Shown one piece after another: positions 41,801 to 54,233 of a stretch of 64,000 bases of DNA (its first letter is position 1; each line of letters begins with the position of its first letter). The stretch is taken from assembly GCA_964057225.1 (NCBI GenBank), contig OZ059900.1, positions 23,188,001 to 23,252,000 of the forward strand, in the 5' to 3' direction. A program made the position numbers and the translations under genes. The notes beneath the pieces were generated by a model. That model worked only from the letters and a program-made list of their open reading frames with translations, made no database searches and was not told the origin of the DNA. Origin of the DNA: Auanema rhodensis. Lineage: Eukaryota > Animalia > Nematoda.

Positions 41801-44800
41801 TGTTCAAACTCATGCAATGTCAATGAAACCTAGTTCAAAATTGTTCGTACAACGTCTAGTTCCACTTTCACAACAAAAAAACAGGGGTTAGAAAATTAAG
41901 GAAATTAGCATATTCTGAGGGCACGCCCCTTATGGCTAATATTGATTAAATCGATTTTTGTTCATATGAGTCGTCAAATGCAACGAATTTCAGCGTGTTA
42001 CATACTAAAATGAAGCATTTTACATGCTGAACACTAGAAAAATACAAAAACACAGTATTTCCCATGAGAAATATTTTATTATGCTGGAAAACCAGTTTTT
42101 GGAAATTTCGCTGTAAACAAGGTTTTGACTTACGATTTCATGTGTTCAAACTCATGCAATGTCAATGAAACCTAGCTCAAAATTGTTCGTACAACGTCTA
42201 GTTCCACTTTCACGACAAAAAAACAGGGGTTAGAAAATTAGGGAAATTAGCATATTCTGAGGGCACGCCCCTTATGGCTAATATTGATTAAATCGATTTT
42301 TGTTCATATGAGTCGTCAAATGCAACGAATTTCAGCGTGTTACATACTAAAATGAAGCATTTTACATGCTGAACACTAGAAAAATACAAAAACACAGTAT
42401 TTCCCATGAGAAATATTTTATTATGCTGGAAAACCAGTTTTTGGAAACTTCGCTGTAAACAAGGTTTTGACTTACGATTTCATGTGTTCAAACTCATGCA
42501 ATGTCAATGAAACCTAGCTCAAAATTGTTCGTACAACGTCTAGTTCCACTTTCACGACAAAAAAACAGGGGTTAGAAAATTAAGGAAATTAGCATATTCT
42601 GAGGGCACGCCCCTTATGGCTAATATTGATTAAATCGATTTTTGTTCATATGAGTCGTCAAATGCAACGAATTTCAGCGTGTTACATACTAAAATGAAGC
42701 ATTTTATATGCTGAACACTAGAAAAACACAAAAACACAGTATTTCCCATGAGAAATATTTTATTATGCTGGAAAATCAGTTTTTGGAAATTTCGCTGTAA
42801 ACAAGGTTTTGACTTACGATTTCATGTGTTCAAACTCATGCAATGTCAATGAAACCTAGTTCAAAATTGTTCGTACAACGTCTAGTTCCACTTTCACGAC
42901 AAAAAAACAGGGGTTAGAAAATTAAGGAAATTAGCATATTCTGAGGGCACGCCCCTTATGGCTAATATTGATTAAATCGATTTTTGTTCATATGAGTCGT
43001 CAAATGCAACGAATTTCAGCGTGTTACATACTAAAATGAAGCATTTTACATGCTGAACACTAGAAAAATACAAAAACACAGTATTTCCCATTAGAAATAT
43101 TTTATTATGCTGGAAAACCAGTTTTTGGAAATTTCGCTGTAAACAAGGTTTTGACTTACGATTTCATGTGTTCAAACTCATGCAATGTCAATGAAACCTA
43201 GTTCAAAATTGTTCGTACAACGTCTAGTTCCACTTTCACGACAAAAAAACAGGGGTTAGAAAATTAAGGAAATTAGCATATTCTGAGGGCACGCCCCTTA
43301 TGGCTAATATTGATTAAATCGATTTTTGTTCATATAAGTCGTCAAATGCAACAAATTCCAGCGTGTTACATACTAAAATAAAGCATTTTACATGCTGAAC
43401 ACTAGAAAAACACAAAAACACAGTATTTCCCATGAGAAATATTTTATTATGCTGGAAAATCAGTTTTTGGAAATTTCGCTGTAAACAAGGTTTTGACTTA
43501 CGATTTCATGTGTTCAAACTCATGCAATGTCAATGAAACCTAGTTCAAAATTGTTCGTACAACGTCTAGTTCCACTTTCACGACAAAAAAACAGGGGTTA
43601 GAAAATTAAGGAAATTAGCATATTCTGAGGGCACGCCCCTTATGGCTAATATTGATTAAATCGATTTTTGTTCATATGAGTCGTCAAATGCAACGAATTT
43701 CAGCGTGTTACATACTAAAATGAAGCATTTTACATGCTGAACACTAGAAAAATACAAAAACACAGTATTTCCCATTAGAAATATTTTATTATGCTGGAAA
43801 ACCAGTTTTTGGAAATTTCGCTGTAAACAAGGTTTTGACTTACGATTTCATGTGTTCAAACTCATGCAATGTCAATGAAACCTAGTTCAAAATTGTTCGT
43901 ACAACGTCTAGTTCCACTTTCACGACAAAAAAACAGGGGTTAGAAAATTAAGGAAATTAGCATATTCTGAGGGCACGCCCCTTATGGCTAATATTGATTA
44001 AATCGATTTTTGTTCATATGAGTCGTCAAATGCAACGAATTCCAGCGTGTTACATACTAAAATGAAGCATTTTACATGCTGAACACTAGAAAAATACAAA
44101 AACACAGTATTTCCCACGAGAAATGATTTATTATGCAGGAAAACCAGTTTTTGGAAATTTCGCTGTAAACAAGGTTTTGACTTACGATTTCATGTGTTCA
44201 AACTCATGCAATGTCAATGAAACCTAGCTCAAAATTGTTCGTACAACGTCTAGTTCCACTTTCACGACAAAAAAACAGGGGTTAGAAAATTAAGGAAATT
44301 AGCATATTCTGAGGGCACGCCCCTTATGGCTAATATTGATTAAATCGATTTTTGTTCATATGAGTCGTCAAATGCAACGAATTTCAGCGTGTTACATACT
44401 AAAATGAAGCATTTTACATGCTGAACACTAGAGAAATACAAAAACACAGTATTTCCCATGAGAAATATTTTATTATGCTGGAAAACCAGTTTTTGGAAAT
44501 TTCGCTGTAAACAAGGTTTTGACTTACGATTTCATGTGTTCAAACTCATGCAATGTCAATGAAACCTAGTTCAAAATTGTTCGTACAACGTCTAGTTCCA
44601 CTTTCACGACAAAAAAACAGGGGTTAGAAAATTAAGGAAATTAGCATATTCTGAGGGCACGCCCCTTATGGCTAATATTGATTAAATCGATTTTTGTTCA
44701 TATGAGTCGTCAAATGCAACGAATTCCAGCGTGTTACATACTAAAATGAAGCATTTTACATGCTGAACACTAGAAAAATACAAAAACACAGTATTTCCCA

Positions 44801-47110
44801 CGAGAAATATTTTATTATGCAGGAAAACCAGTTTTTGGAAATTTCGCTGTAAACAAGGTTTTGACTTACGATTTCATGTGTTCAAACTCATGCAATGTCA
44901 ATGAAACCTAGCTCAAAATTGTTCGTACAACGTCTAGTTCCACTTTCACGACAAAAAAACAGGGGTTAGAAAATTAAGGAAATTAGCATATTCTGAGGGC
45001 ACGCCCCTTATGGCTAATATTGATTAAATCGATTTTTGTTCATATGAGTCGTCAAATGCAACGAATTTCAGCGTGTTACATACTAAAATGAAGCATTTTA
45101 CATGCTGAACACTAGAAAAATTCAAAAACACAGTATTTCCCATGAGAAATATTTTATTATGCTGGAAAACCAGTTTTTGGAAATTTCGCTGTAAACAAGG
45201 TTTTGACTTACGATTTCATGTGTTCAAACTCATGCAATGTCAATGAAACCTAGTTCAAAATTGTTCGTACAACGTCTAGTTCCACTTTCACGACAAAAAA
45301 ACAGGGGTTAGAAAATTAAGGAAATTAGCATATTCTGAGGGCACGCCCCTTATGGCTAATATTGATTAAATCGATTTTTGTTCATATGAGTCGTCAAATG
45401 CAACGAATTTCAGCGTGTTACATACTAAAATGAAGCATTTTACATGCTGAACACTAGAAAAATACAAAAACACAGTATTTCCCATTAGAAATATTTTATT
45501 ATGCTGGAAAACCAGTTTTTGGAAATTTCGCTGTAAACAAGGTTTTGACTTACGATTTCATGTGTTCAAACTCATGCAATGTCAATGAAACCTAGTTCAA
45601 AATTGTTCGTACAACGTCTAGTTCCACTTTCACGACAAAAAAACAGGGGTTAGAAAATTAAGGAAATTAGCATATTCTGAGGGCACGCCCCTTATGGCTA
45701 ATATTGATTAAATCGATTTTTGTTCATATGAGTCGTCAAATGCAACGAATTTCAGCGTGTTACATACTAAAATGAAGCATTTTACATGCTGAACACTAGA
45801 AAAATACAAAAACACAGTATTTCCCACGAGAAATATTTTATTATGCTGGAAAACCAGTTTTAGGAAATTTCGCTGTAAACAAGGTTTTGACTTACGATTT
45901 CATGTGTTCAAACTCATGCAATGTCAATGAAACCTAGTTCAAAATTGTTCGTACAACGTCTAGTTCCACTTTCACGACAAAAAAACAGGGGTTAGAAAAT
46001 TAAGGAAATTAGCATATTCTGAGGGCACGCCCCTTATGGCTAATATTGATTAAATCGATTTTTGTTCATATGAGTCGTCAAATGCAACGAATTTCAGCGT
46101 GTTACATACTAAAATGAAGCATTTTACATGCTGAACACTAGAAAAATACAAAAACACAGTATTTCCCACGAGAAATATTTTATTATGCTGGAAAACCAGT
46201 TTTAGGAAATTTCGCTGTGAACAAGGTTTTGACTTACGATTTCATGTGTTCAAACTCATGCAATGTCAATGAAACCTAGTTCAAAATTGTTCGTACAACG
46301 TCTAGTTCCACTATCACGACAAAAAAACAGGGGTTAGAAAATTAAGGAAATTAGCATATTCTGAGGGCACGCCCCTTATTGCTAATATTGATTAAATCGA
46401 TTTTTGTTCATATGAGTCGTCAAATGCAACGAATTTCAGCGTGTTACATACTAAAATGAAGCATTTTACATGCTGAACACTAGAAAAATACAAAAACACA
46501 GTATTTCCCACGAGAAATATTTTATTATGCTGGAAAACCAGTTTTTGGAAATTTCGCTGTAAACAAGGTTTTGACTTACGATTTCATGTGTTCAAACTCA
46601 TGCAATGTCAATGAAACCTAGCTCAAAATTGTTCGTACAACGTCTAGTTCCACTTTCACGACAAAAAAACAGGGGTTAGAAAATTAAGGAAATTAGCATA
46701 TTCTGAGGGCACGCCCCTTATGGCTAATATTGTTTAAATCGATTTTTGTTCATATGAGTCGTCAAATGCAACGAATTTCAGCGTGTTACATACTAAAATG
46801 AAGCATTTTACATGCTGAACACTAGAAAAATACAAAAACACAGTATTTCCCTTTAGAAATATTTTATTATGCTGGAAAACCAGTTTTAGGAAATTTCGCT
46901 GTAAACAAGGTTTTGACTTACGATTTCATGTGTTCAAACTCATGCAATGTCAATGAAACCTAGTTCAAAATTGTTCGTACAACGTCTAGTTCCACTTTCA
47001 CGACAAAAAAACAGGGGTTAGAAAATTAAGGAAATTAGCATATTCTGAGGGCACGCCCCTTATGGCTAATATTGATTAAATCGATTTTTGTTCATATGAG
47101 TCGTCAAATG
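38885..47110 (-). repeat. Inverted satellite block, 8,226 bp (232-bp partial + 23 full monomers + 128-bp partial)
   Basis: The sequence switches to the reverse complement (CATATGAGTCGTCAAATGCAACG...) at 38885 and back at 47111. 232+23x342+128=8226 matches the span exactly. Confidence 0.98.
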
Positions 47111-47120
47111 TCGTAAGTCA
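47101..47120. other. Inversion junction 2 (head-to-head), blunt
   Basis: TCGTCAAATG|TCGTAAGTCA. The reverse monomer ends at position 215 and the forward monomer starts at position 60. Confidence 0.93.
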
Positions 47121-48077
47121 AAACCTTGTTTACAGCGAAATTTCCAAAAACTGATTTTCCAGCATAATAAAATATTTCTCATGGGAAATACTGTGTTTTT
47201 GTGTTTTTCTAGTGTTCAGCATGTAAAATGCTTCATTTTAGTATGTAACACGCTGAAATTCGTTGCATTTGACGACTCATATGAACAAAAATCGATTTAA
47301 TCAATATTAGCCATAAGGGGCGTGCCCTCAGAATATGCTAATTTCCTTAATTTTCTAACCCCTGTTTTTTTGTCGTGAAAGTGGAACTAGACGTTGTACG
47401 AACAATTTTGAGCTAGGTTTCATTGACATTGCATGAGTTTGAACACATGAAATCGTAAGTCAAAACCTTGTTTACAGCGAAATTTCCAAAAACTGGTTTT
47501 CCAGCATAATAAAATATTTCTCATGGGAAATACTGTGTTTTTGTATTTTTCTAGTGTTCAGCATGTAAAATGCTTCATTTTAGTATGTAACACGCTGAAA
47601 TTCGTTGCATTTGACGACTCATATGAACAAAAATCGATTTAATCAATATTAGCCATAAGGGGCGTGCCCTCAGAATACGCTAATTTCCCTAATTTTCTAA
47701 CCCCTGTTTTTTTGTCGTGAAAGTGGAACTAGACGTTGTACGAACAATTTTGAGCTAGGTTTCATTGACATTGCATGAGTTTGAACACATGAAATCGTAA
47801 GTCAAAACCTTGTTTACAGCGAAATTTCCAAAAACTGGTTTTCCAGCATAATAAAATATTTCTCATGGGAAATACTGTGTTTTTGTATTTTTCTAGTGTT
47901 CAGCATGTAAAATGCTTCATTTTAGTATGTAACACGCTGAAATTCGTTGCATTTGACGACTCATATGAACAAAAATCGATTTAATCAATATTAGCCATAA
48001 GGGGCGTGCCCTCAGAATATGCTAATTTCCTTAATTTTCTAACCCCTGTTTTTTTGTCGTGAAAGTGGAACTAGACG

Positions 48078-50129
48078 TTGTACGAACAATTTTGAGCTAG
48101 GTTTCATTGACATTGCATGAGTTTGAACACATGAAATCGTAAGTCAAAACCTTGTTTACAGCGAAATTTCCAAAAACTGGTTTTCCAGCATAATAAAATA
48201 TTTCTCGTGGGAAATACTGTGTTTTTGTATTTTTCTAGTGTTCAGCATGTAAAATGCTTCATTTTAGTATGTAACACGCTGAAATTCGTTGCATTTGACG
48301 ACTCATATGAACAAAAATCGATTTAATCAATATTAGCCATAAGGGGCGTGCCCTCAGAATATGCTAATTTCCTTAATTTTCTAACCCCTGTTTTTTTGTC
48401 GTGAAAGTGGAACTAGACGTTGTACGAACAATTTTGAACTAGGTTTCATTGACATTGCATGAGTTTGAACACATGAAATCGTAAGTCAAAACCTTGTTTA
48501 CAGCGAAATTTCCAAAAACTGGTTTTCCAGCATAATAAAATATTTCTAATGGGAAATACTGTGTTTTTGTATTTTTCTAGTGTTCAGCATGTAAAATGCT
48601 TCATTTAAGTATGTAACACGCTGAAATTCGTTGCATTTGACGACTCATATGAACAAAAATCGATTTAATCAATATTAGCCATAAGGGGCGTGCCCTCAGA
48701 ATATGCTAATTTCCTTAATTTTCTAACCCCTGTTTTTTTGTCGTGAAAGTGGAACTAGACGTTGTACGAACAATTTTGAGCTAGGTTTCATTGACATTGC
48801 GTGAGTTTGAACACATGAAATCGTAAGTCAAAACCTTGTTTACAGCGAAATTTCCAAAAACTGGTTTTCCAGCATAATAAAATATTTCTCGTGGGAAATA
48901 CTGTGTTTTTGTATTTTTCTAGTGTTCAGCATGTAAAATGCTTCATTTTAGTATGTAACACGCTGAAATTCGTTGCATTTGACGACTCATATGAACAAAA
49001 ATCGATTTAATCAATATTAGCCATAAGGGGCGTGCCCTCAGAATATGCTAATTTCCTTAATTTTCTAACCCCTGTTTTTTTGTCGTGAAAGTGGAACTAG
49101 ACGTTGTACGAACAATTTTGAGCTAGGTTTCATTGACATTGCATGAGTTTGAACACATGAAATCGTAAGTCAAAACCTTGTTTACAGCGAAATTTCCAAA
49201 AACTGGTTTTCCAGCATAATAAAATATTTCTCGTGGGAAATACTGTGTTTTTGTATTTTTCTAGTGTTCAGCATGTAAAATGCTTCATTTTAGTATGTAA
49301 CACGCTGAAATTCGTTGCATTTGACGACTCATATGAACAAAAATCGATTTAATCAATATTAGCCATAAGGGGCGTGCCCTCAGAATATGCTAATTTCCTT
49401 AATTTTCTAACCCCTGTTTTTTTGTCGTGAAAGTGGAACTAGACGTTGTACGAACAATTTTGAACTAGGTTTCATTGACATTGCATGAGTTTGAACACAT
49501 GAAATCGTAAGTCAAAACCTTGTTTACAGCGAAATTTCCAAAAACTGGTTTTCCAGCATAATAAAATATTTCTAATGGGAAATACTGTGTTTTTGTATTT
49601 TTCTAGTGTTCAGCATGTAAAATGCTTCATTTAAGTATGTAACACGCTGAAATTCGTTGCATTTGACGACTCATATGAACAAAAATCGATTTAATCAATA
49701 TTAGCCATAAGGGGCGTGCCCTCAGAATATGCTAATTTCCTTAATTTTCTAACCCCTGTTTTTTTGTCGTGAAAGTGGAACTAGACGTTGTACGAACAAT
49801 TTTGAGCTAGGTTTCATTGACATTGCGTGAGTTTGAACACATGAAATCGTAAGTCAAAACCTTGTTTACAGCGAAATTTCCAAAAACTGGTTTTCCAGCA
49901 TAATAAAATATTTCTCGTGGGAAATACTGTGTTTTTGTATTTTTCTAGTGTTCAGCATGTAAAATGCTTCATTTTAGTATGTAACACGCTGAAATTCGTT
50001 GCATTTGACGACTCATATGAACAAAAATCGATTTAATCAATATTAGCCATAAGGGGCGTGCCCTCAGAATATGCTAATTTCCTTAATTTTCTAACCCCTG
50101 TTTTTTTGTCGTGAAAGTGGAACTAGACG
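48078..50129 (+). repeat. 3-monomer (1,026-bp) tandem duplication
   Basis: The order CTCGTGG / GAACT+CTAATGG+CATTTAAG / TTGCGTGAG+CTCGTGG appears twice. Confidence 0.85.
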
Positions 50130-51497
50130 TTGTACGAACAATTTTGAACTAGGTTTCATTGACATTGCATGAGTTTGAACACATGAAATCGTAAGTCAAA
50201 ACCTTGTTTACAGCGAAATTTCCAAAAACTGGTTTTCCAGCATAATAAAATATTTCTAATGGGAAATACTGTGTTTTTGTATTTTTCTAGTGTTTAGCAT
50301 GTAAAATGCTTCATTTTAGTATGTAACACGCTGAAATTCGTTGCATTTGACGACTCATATGAACAAAAATCGATTTAATCAATATTAGCCATAAGGGGCG
50401 TGCCCTCAGAATATGCTAATTTCCTTAATTTTCTAACCCCTGTTTTTTTGTCGTGAAAGTGGAACTAGACGTTGTACGAACAATTTTGAACTAGGTTTCA
50501 TTGACATTGCATGAGTTTGAACACATGAAATCGTAAGTCAAAACCTTGTTTACAGCGAAATTTCCAAAAACTGGTTTTCCAGCATAATAAAATATTTCTC
50601 ATGGGAAATACTGTGTTTTTGTATTTTTCTAGTGTTCAGCATGTAAAATGCTTCATTTTAGTATGTAACACGCTGAAATTCGTTGCATTTGACGACTCAT
50701 ATGAACAAAAATCGATTTAATCAATATTAGCCATAAGGGGCGTGCCCTCAGAATATGCTAATTTCCTTAATTTTCTAACCCCTGTTTTTTTGTCGTGAAA
50801 GTGGAACTAGACGTTGTACGAACAATTTTGAGCTAGGTTTCATTGACATTGCATGAGTTTGAACACATGAAATCGTAAGTCAAAACCTTGTTTACAGCGA
50901 AATTTCCAAAAACTGGTTTTCCAGCATAATAAAATATTTCTCGTGGGAAATACTGTGTTTTTGTCTTTTTCTAGTGTTCAGCATGTAAAATGCTTCATTT
51001 TAGTATGTAACACGCTGAAATTCGTTGCATTTGACGACTCATATGAACAAAAATCGATTTAATCAATATTAACCATAAGGGGCGTGCCCTCAGAATATGC
51101 TAATTTCCTTAATTTTCTAACCCCTGTTTTTTTGTCGTGAAAGTGGAACTAGACGTTGTACGAACAATTTTGAACTAGGTTTCATTGACATTGCATGAGT
51201 TTGAACACATGAAATCGTAAGTCAAAACCTTGTTTACAGCGAAATTTCCAAAAACTGATTTTCCAGCATAATAAAATATTTCTCATGGGAAATACTGTGT
51301 TTTTGTATTTTTCTAGTGTTCAGCATGTAAAATGTTTCATTTTAGTATGTAACACGCTGAAATTTGTTGCATTTGACGACTCATATGAACAAAAATCGAT
51401 TTAATCAATATTAGCCATAAGGGGCGTGCCCTCAGAATATGCTAATTTCCTTAATTTTCTAACCCCTGTTTTTTTGTCGTGAAAGTGGAACTAGACG

Positions 51498-54233
51498 TTG
51501 TACGAACAATTTTGAGCTAGGTTTCATTGACATTGCGTGAGTTTGAACACATGAAATCGTAAGTCAAAACCTTGTTTACAGCGAAATTTCCAAAAACTGG
51601 TTTTCCAGCATAATAAAATATTTCTCGTGGGAAATACTGTGTTTTTGTATTTTTCTAGTGTTCAGCATGTAAAATGCTTCATTTAAGTATGTAACACGCT
51701 GAAATTCGTTGCATTTGACGACTCATATGAACAAAAATCGATTTAATCAATATTAGCCATAAGGGGCGTGCCCTCAGAATATGCTAATTTCCTTAATTTT
51801 CTAACCCCTGTTTTTTTGTCGTGAAAGTGGAACTAGACGTTGTACGAACAATTTTGAACTAGGTTTCCTTGACATTGCATGAGTTTGAACACATGAAATC
51901 GTAAGTCAAAACCTTGTTTACAGCGAAATTTCCAAAAACTGGTTTTCCAGCATAATAAAATATTTCTCATGGGAAATACTGTGTTTTTGTATTTTTCTAG
52001 TGTTCAGCATGTAAAATGCTTCATTTTAGTATGTAACACGCTGAAATTCGTTGCATTTGACGACTCATATGAACAAAAATCGATTTAATCAATATTAACC
52101 ATAAGGGGCGTGCCCTCAGAATATGCTAATTTCCTTAATTTTCTAACCCCTGTTTTTTTGTCGTGAAAGTGGAACTAGACGTTGTACGAACAATTTTGAA
52201 CTAGGTTTCATTGACATTGCATGAGTTTGAACACATGAAATCGTAAGTCAAAACCTTGTTTACAGCGAAATTTCCAAAAACTGATTTTCCAGCATAATAA
52301 AATATTTCTCATGGGAAATACTGTGTTTTTGTATTTTTCTAGTGTTCAGCATGTAAAATGCTTCATTTTAGTATGTAACACGCTGAAATTTGTTGCATTT
52401 GACGACTCATATGAACAAAAATCGATTTAATCAATATTAGCCATAAGGGGCGTGCCCTCAGAATATGCTAATTTCCTTAATTTTCTAACCCCTGTTTTTT
52501 TGTCGTGAAAGTGGAACTAGACGTTGTACGAACAATTTTGAACTAGGTTTCATTGACATTGCATGAGTTTGAACACATGAAATCGTAAGTCAAAACCTTG
52601 TTTACAGCGAAATTTCCAAAAACTGGTTTTCCAGCATAATAAAATATTTCTCATGGGAAGTACTGTGTTTTTGTATTTTTCTAGTGTTCAGCATGTAAAA
52701 TGCTTCATTTTAGTATGTAACACGCTGAAATTTGTTGCATTTGACGACTCATATGAACAAAAATCGATTTAATCAATATTAGCCATAAGGGGCGTGCCCT
52801 CAGAATATGCTAATTTCCTTAATTTTCTAACCCCTGTTTTTTTGTCGTGAAAGTGGAACTAGACGTTGTACGAACAATTTTGAGCTAGGTTTCATTGACA
52901 TTGCGTGAGTTTGAACACATGAAATCGTAAGTCAAAACCTTGTTTACAGCGAAATTTCCAAAAACTGGTTTTCCAGCATAATAAAATATTTCTCGTGGGA
53001 AATACTGTGTTTTTGTATTTTTCTAGTGTTCAGCATGTAAAATGCTTCATTTAAGTATGTAACACGCTGAAATTCGTTGCATTTGACGACTCATATGAAC
53101 AAAAATCGATTTAATCAATATTAGCCATAAGGGGCGTGCCCTCAGAATATGCTAATTTCCTTAATTTTCTAACCCCTGTTTTTTTGTCGTGAAAGTGGAA
53201 CTAGACGTTGTACGAACAATTTTGAACTAGGTTTCCTTGACATTGCATGAGTTTGAACACATGAAATCGTAAGTCAAAACCTTGTTTACAGCGAAATTTC
53301 CAAAAACTGGTTTTCCAGCATAATAAAATATTTCTCATGGGAAATACTGTGTTTTTGTATTTTTCTAGTGTTCAGCATGTAAAATGCTTCATTTTAGTAT
53401 GTAACACGCTGAAATTCGTTGCATTTGACGACTCATATGAACAAAAATCGATTTAATCAATATTAACCATAAGGGGCGTGCCCTCAGAATATGCTAATTT
53501 CCTTAATTTTCTAACCCCTGTTTTTTTGTCGTGAAAGTGGAACTAGACGTTGTACGAACAATTTTGAACTAGGTTTCATTGACATTGCATGAGTTTGAAC
53601 ACATGAAATCGTAAGTCAAAACCTTGTTTACAGCGAAATTTCCAAAAACTGATTTTCCAGCATAATAAAATATTTCTCATGGGAAATACTGTGTTTTTGT
53701 ATTTTTCTAGTGTTCAGCATGTAAAATGCTTCATTTTAGTATGTAACACGCTGAAATTTGTTGCATTTGACGACTCATATGAACAAAAATCGATTTAATC
53801 AATATTAGCCATAAGGGGCGTGCCCTCAGAATATGCTAATTTCCTTAATTTTCTAACCCCTGTTTTTTTGTCGTGAAAGTGGAACTAGACGTTGTACGAA
53901 CAATTTTGAACTAGGTTTCATTGACATTGCATGAGTTTGAACACATGAAATCGTAAGTCAAAACCTTGTTTACAGCGAAATTTCCAAAAACTGGTTTTCC
54001 AGCATAATAAAATATTTCTCATGGGAAGTACTGTGTTTTTGTATTTTTCTAGTGTTCAGCATGTAAAATGCTTCATTTTAGTATGTAACACGCTGAAATT
54101 CGTAGCATTTGACGACTCATATGAACAAAAATCGATTTAATCAATATTAGCCATAAGGGGCGTGCCCTCAGAATATGCTAATTTCCTTAATTTTCTAACC
54201 CCTGTTTTTTTGTCGTGAAAGTGGAACTAGACG
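51498..54233 (+). repeat. 4-monomer (1,368-bp) tandem duplication
   Basis: The order TTGCGTGAG / GTTTCCTTG+ATTAACC / CTGATTTT / GGGAAGTAC appears twice. Confidence 0.87.

Noticed and set aside
38881-47110. Transposon insertion or recombinase-driven invertible switch
   Set aside because: There is no foreign sequence, terminal repeat, target-site duplication or recombinase gene, and the junctions are non-reciprocal.
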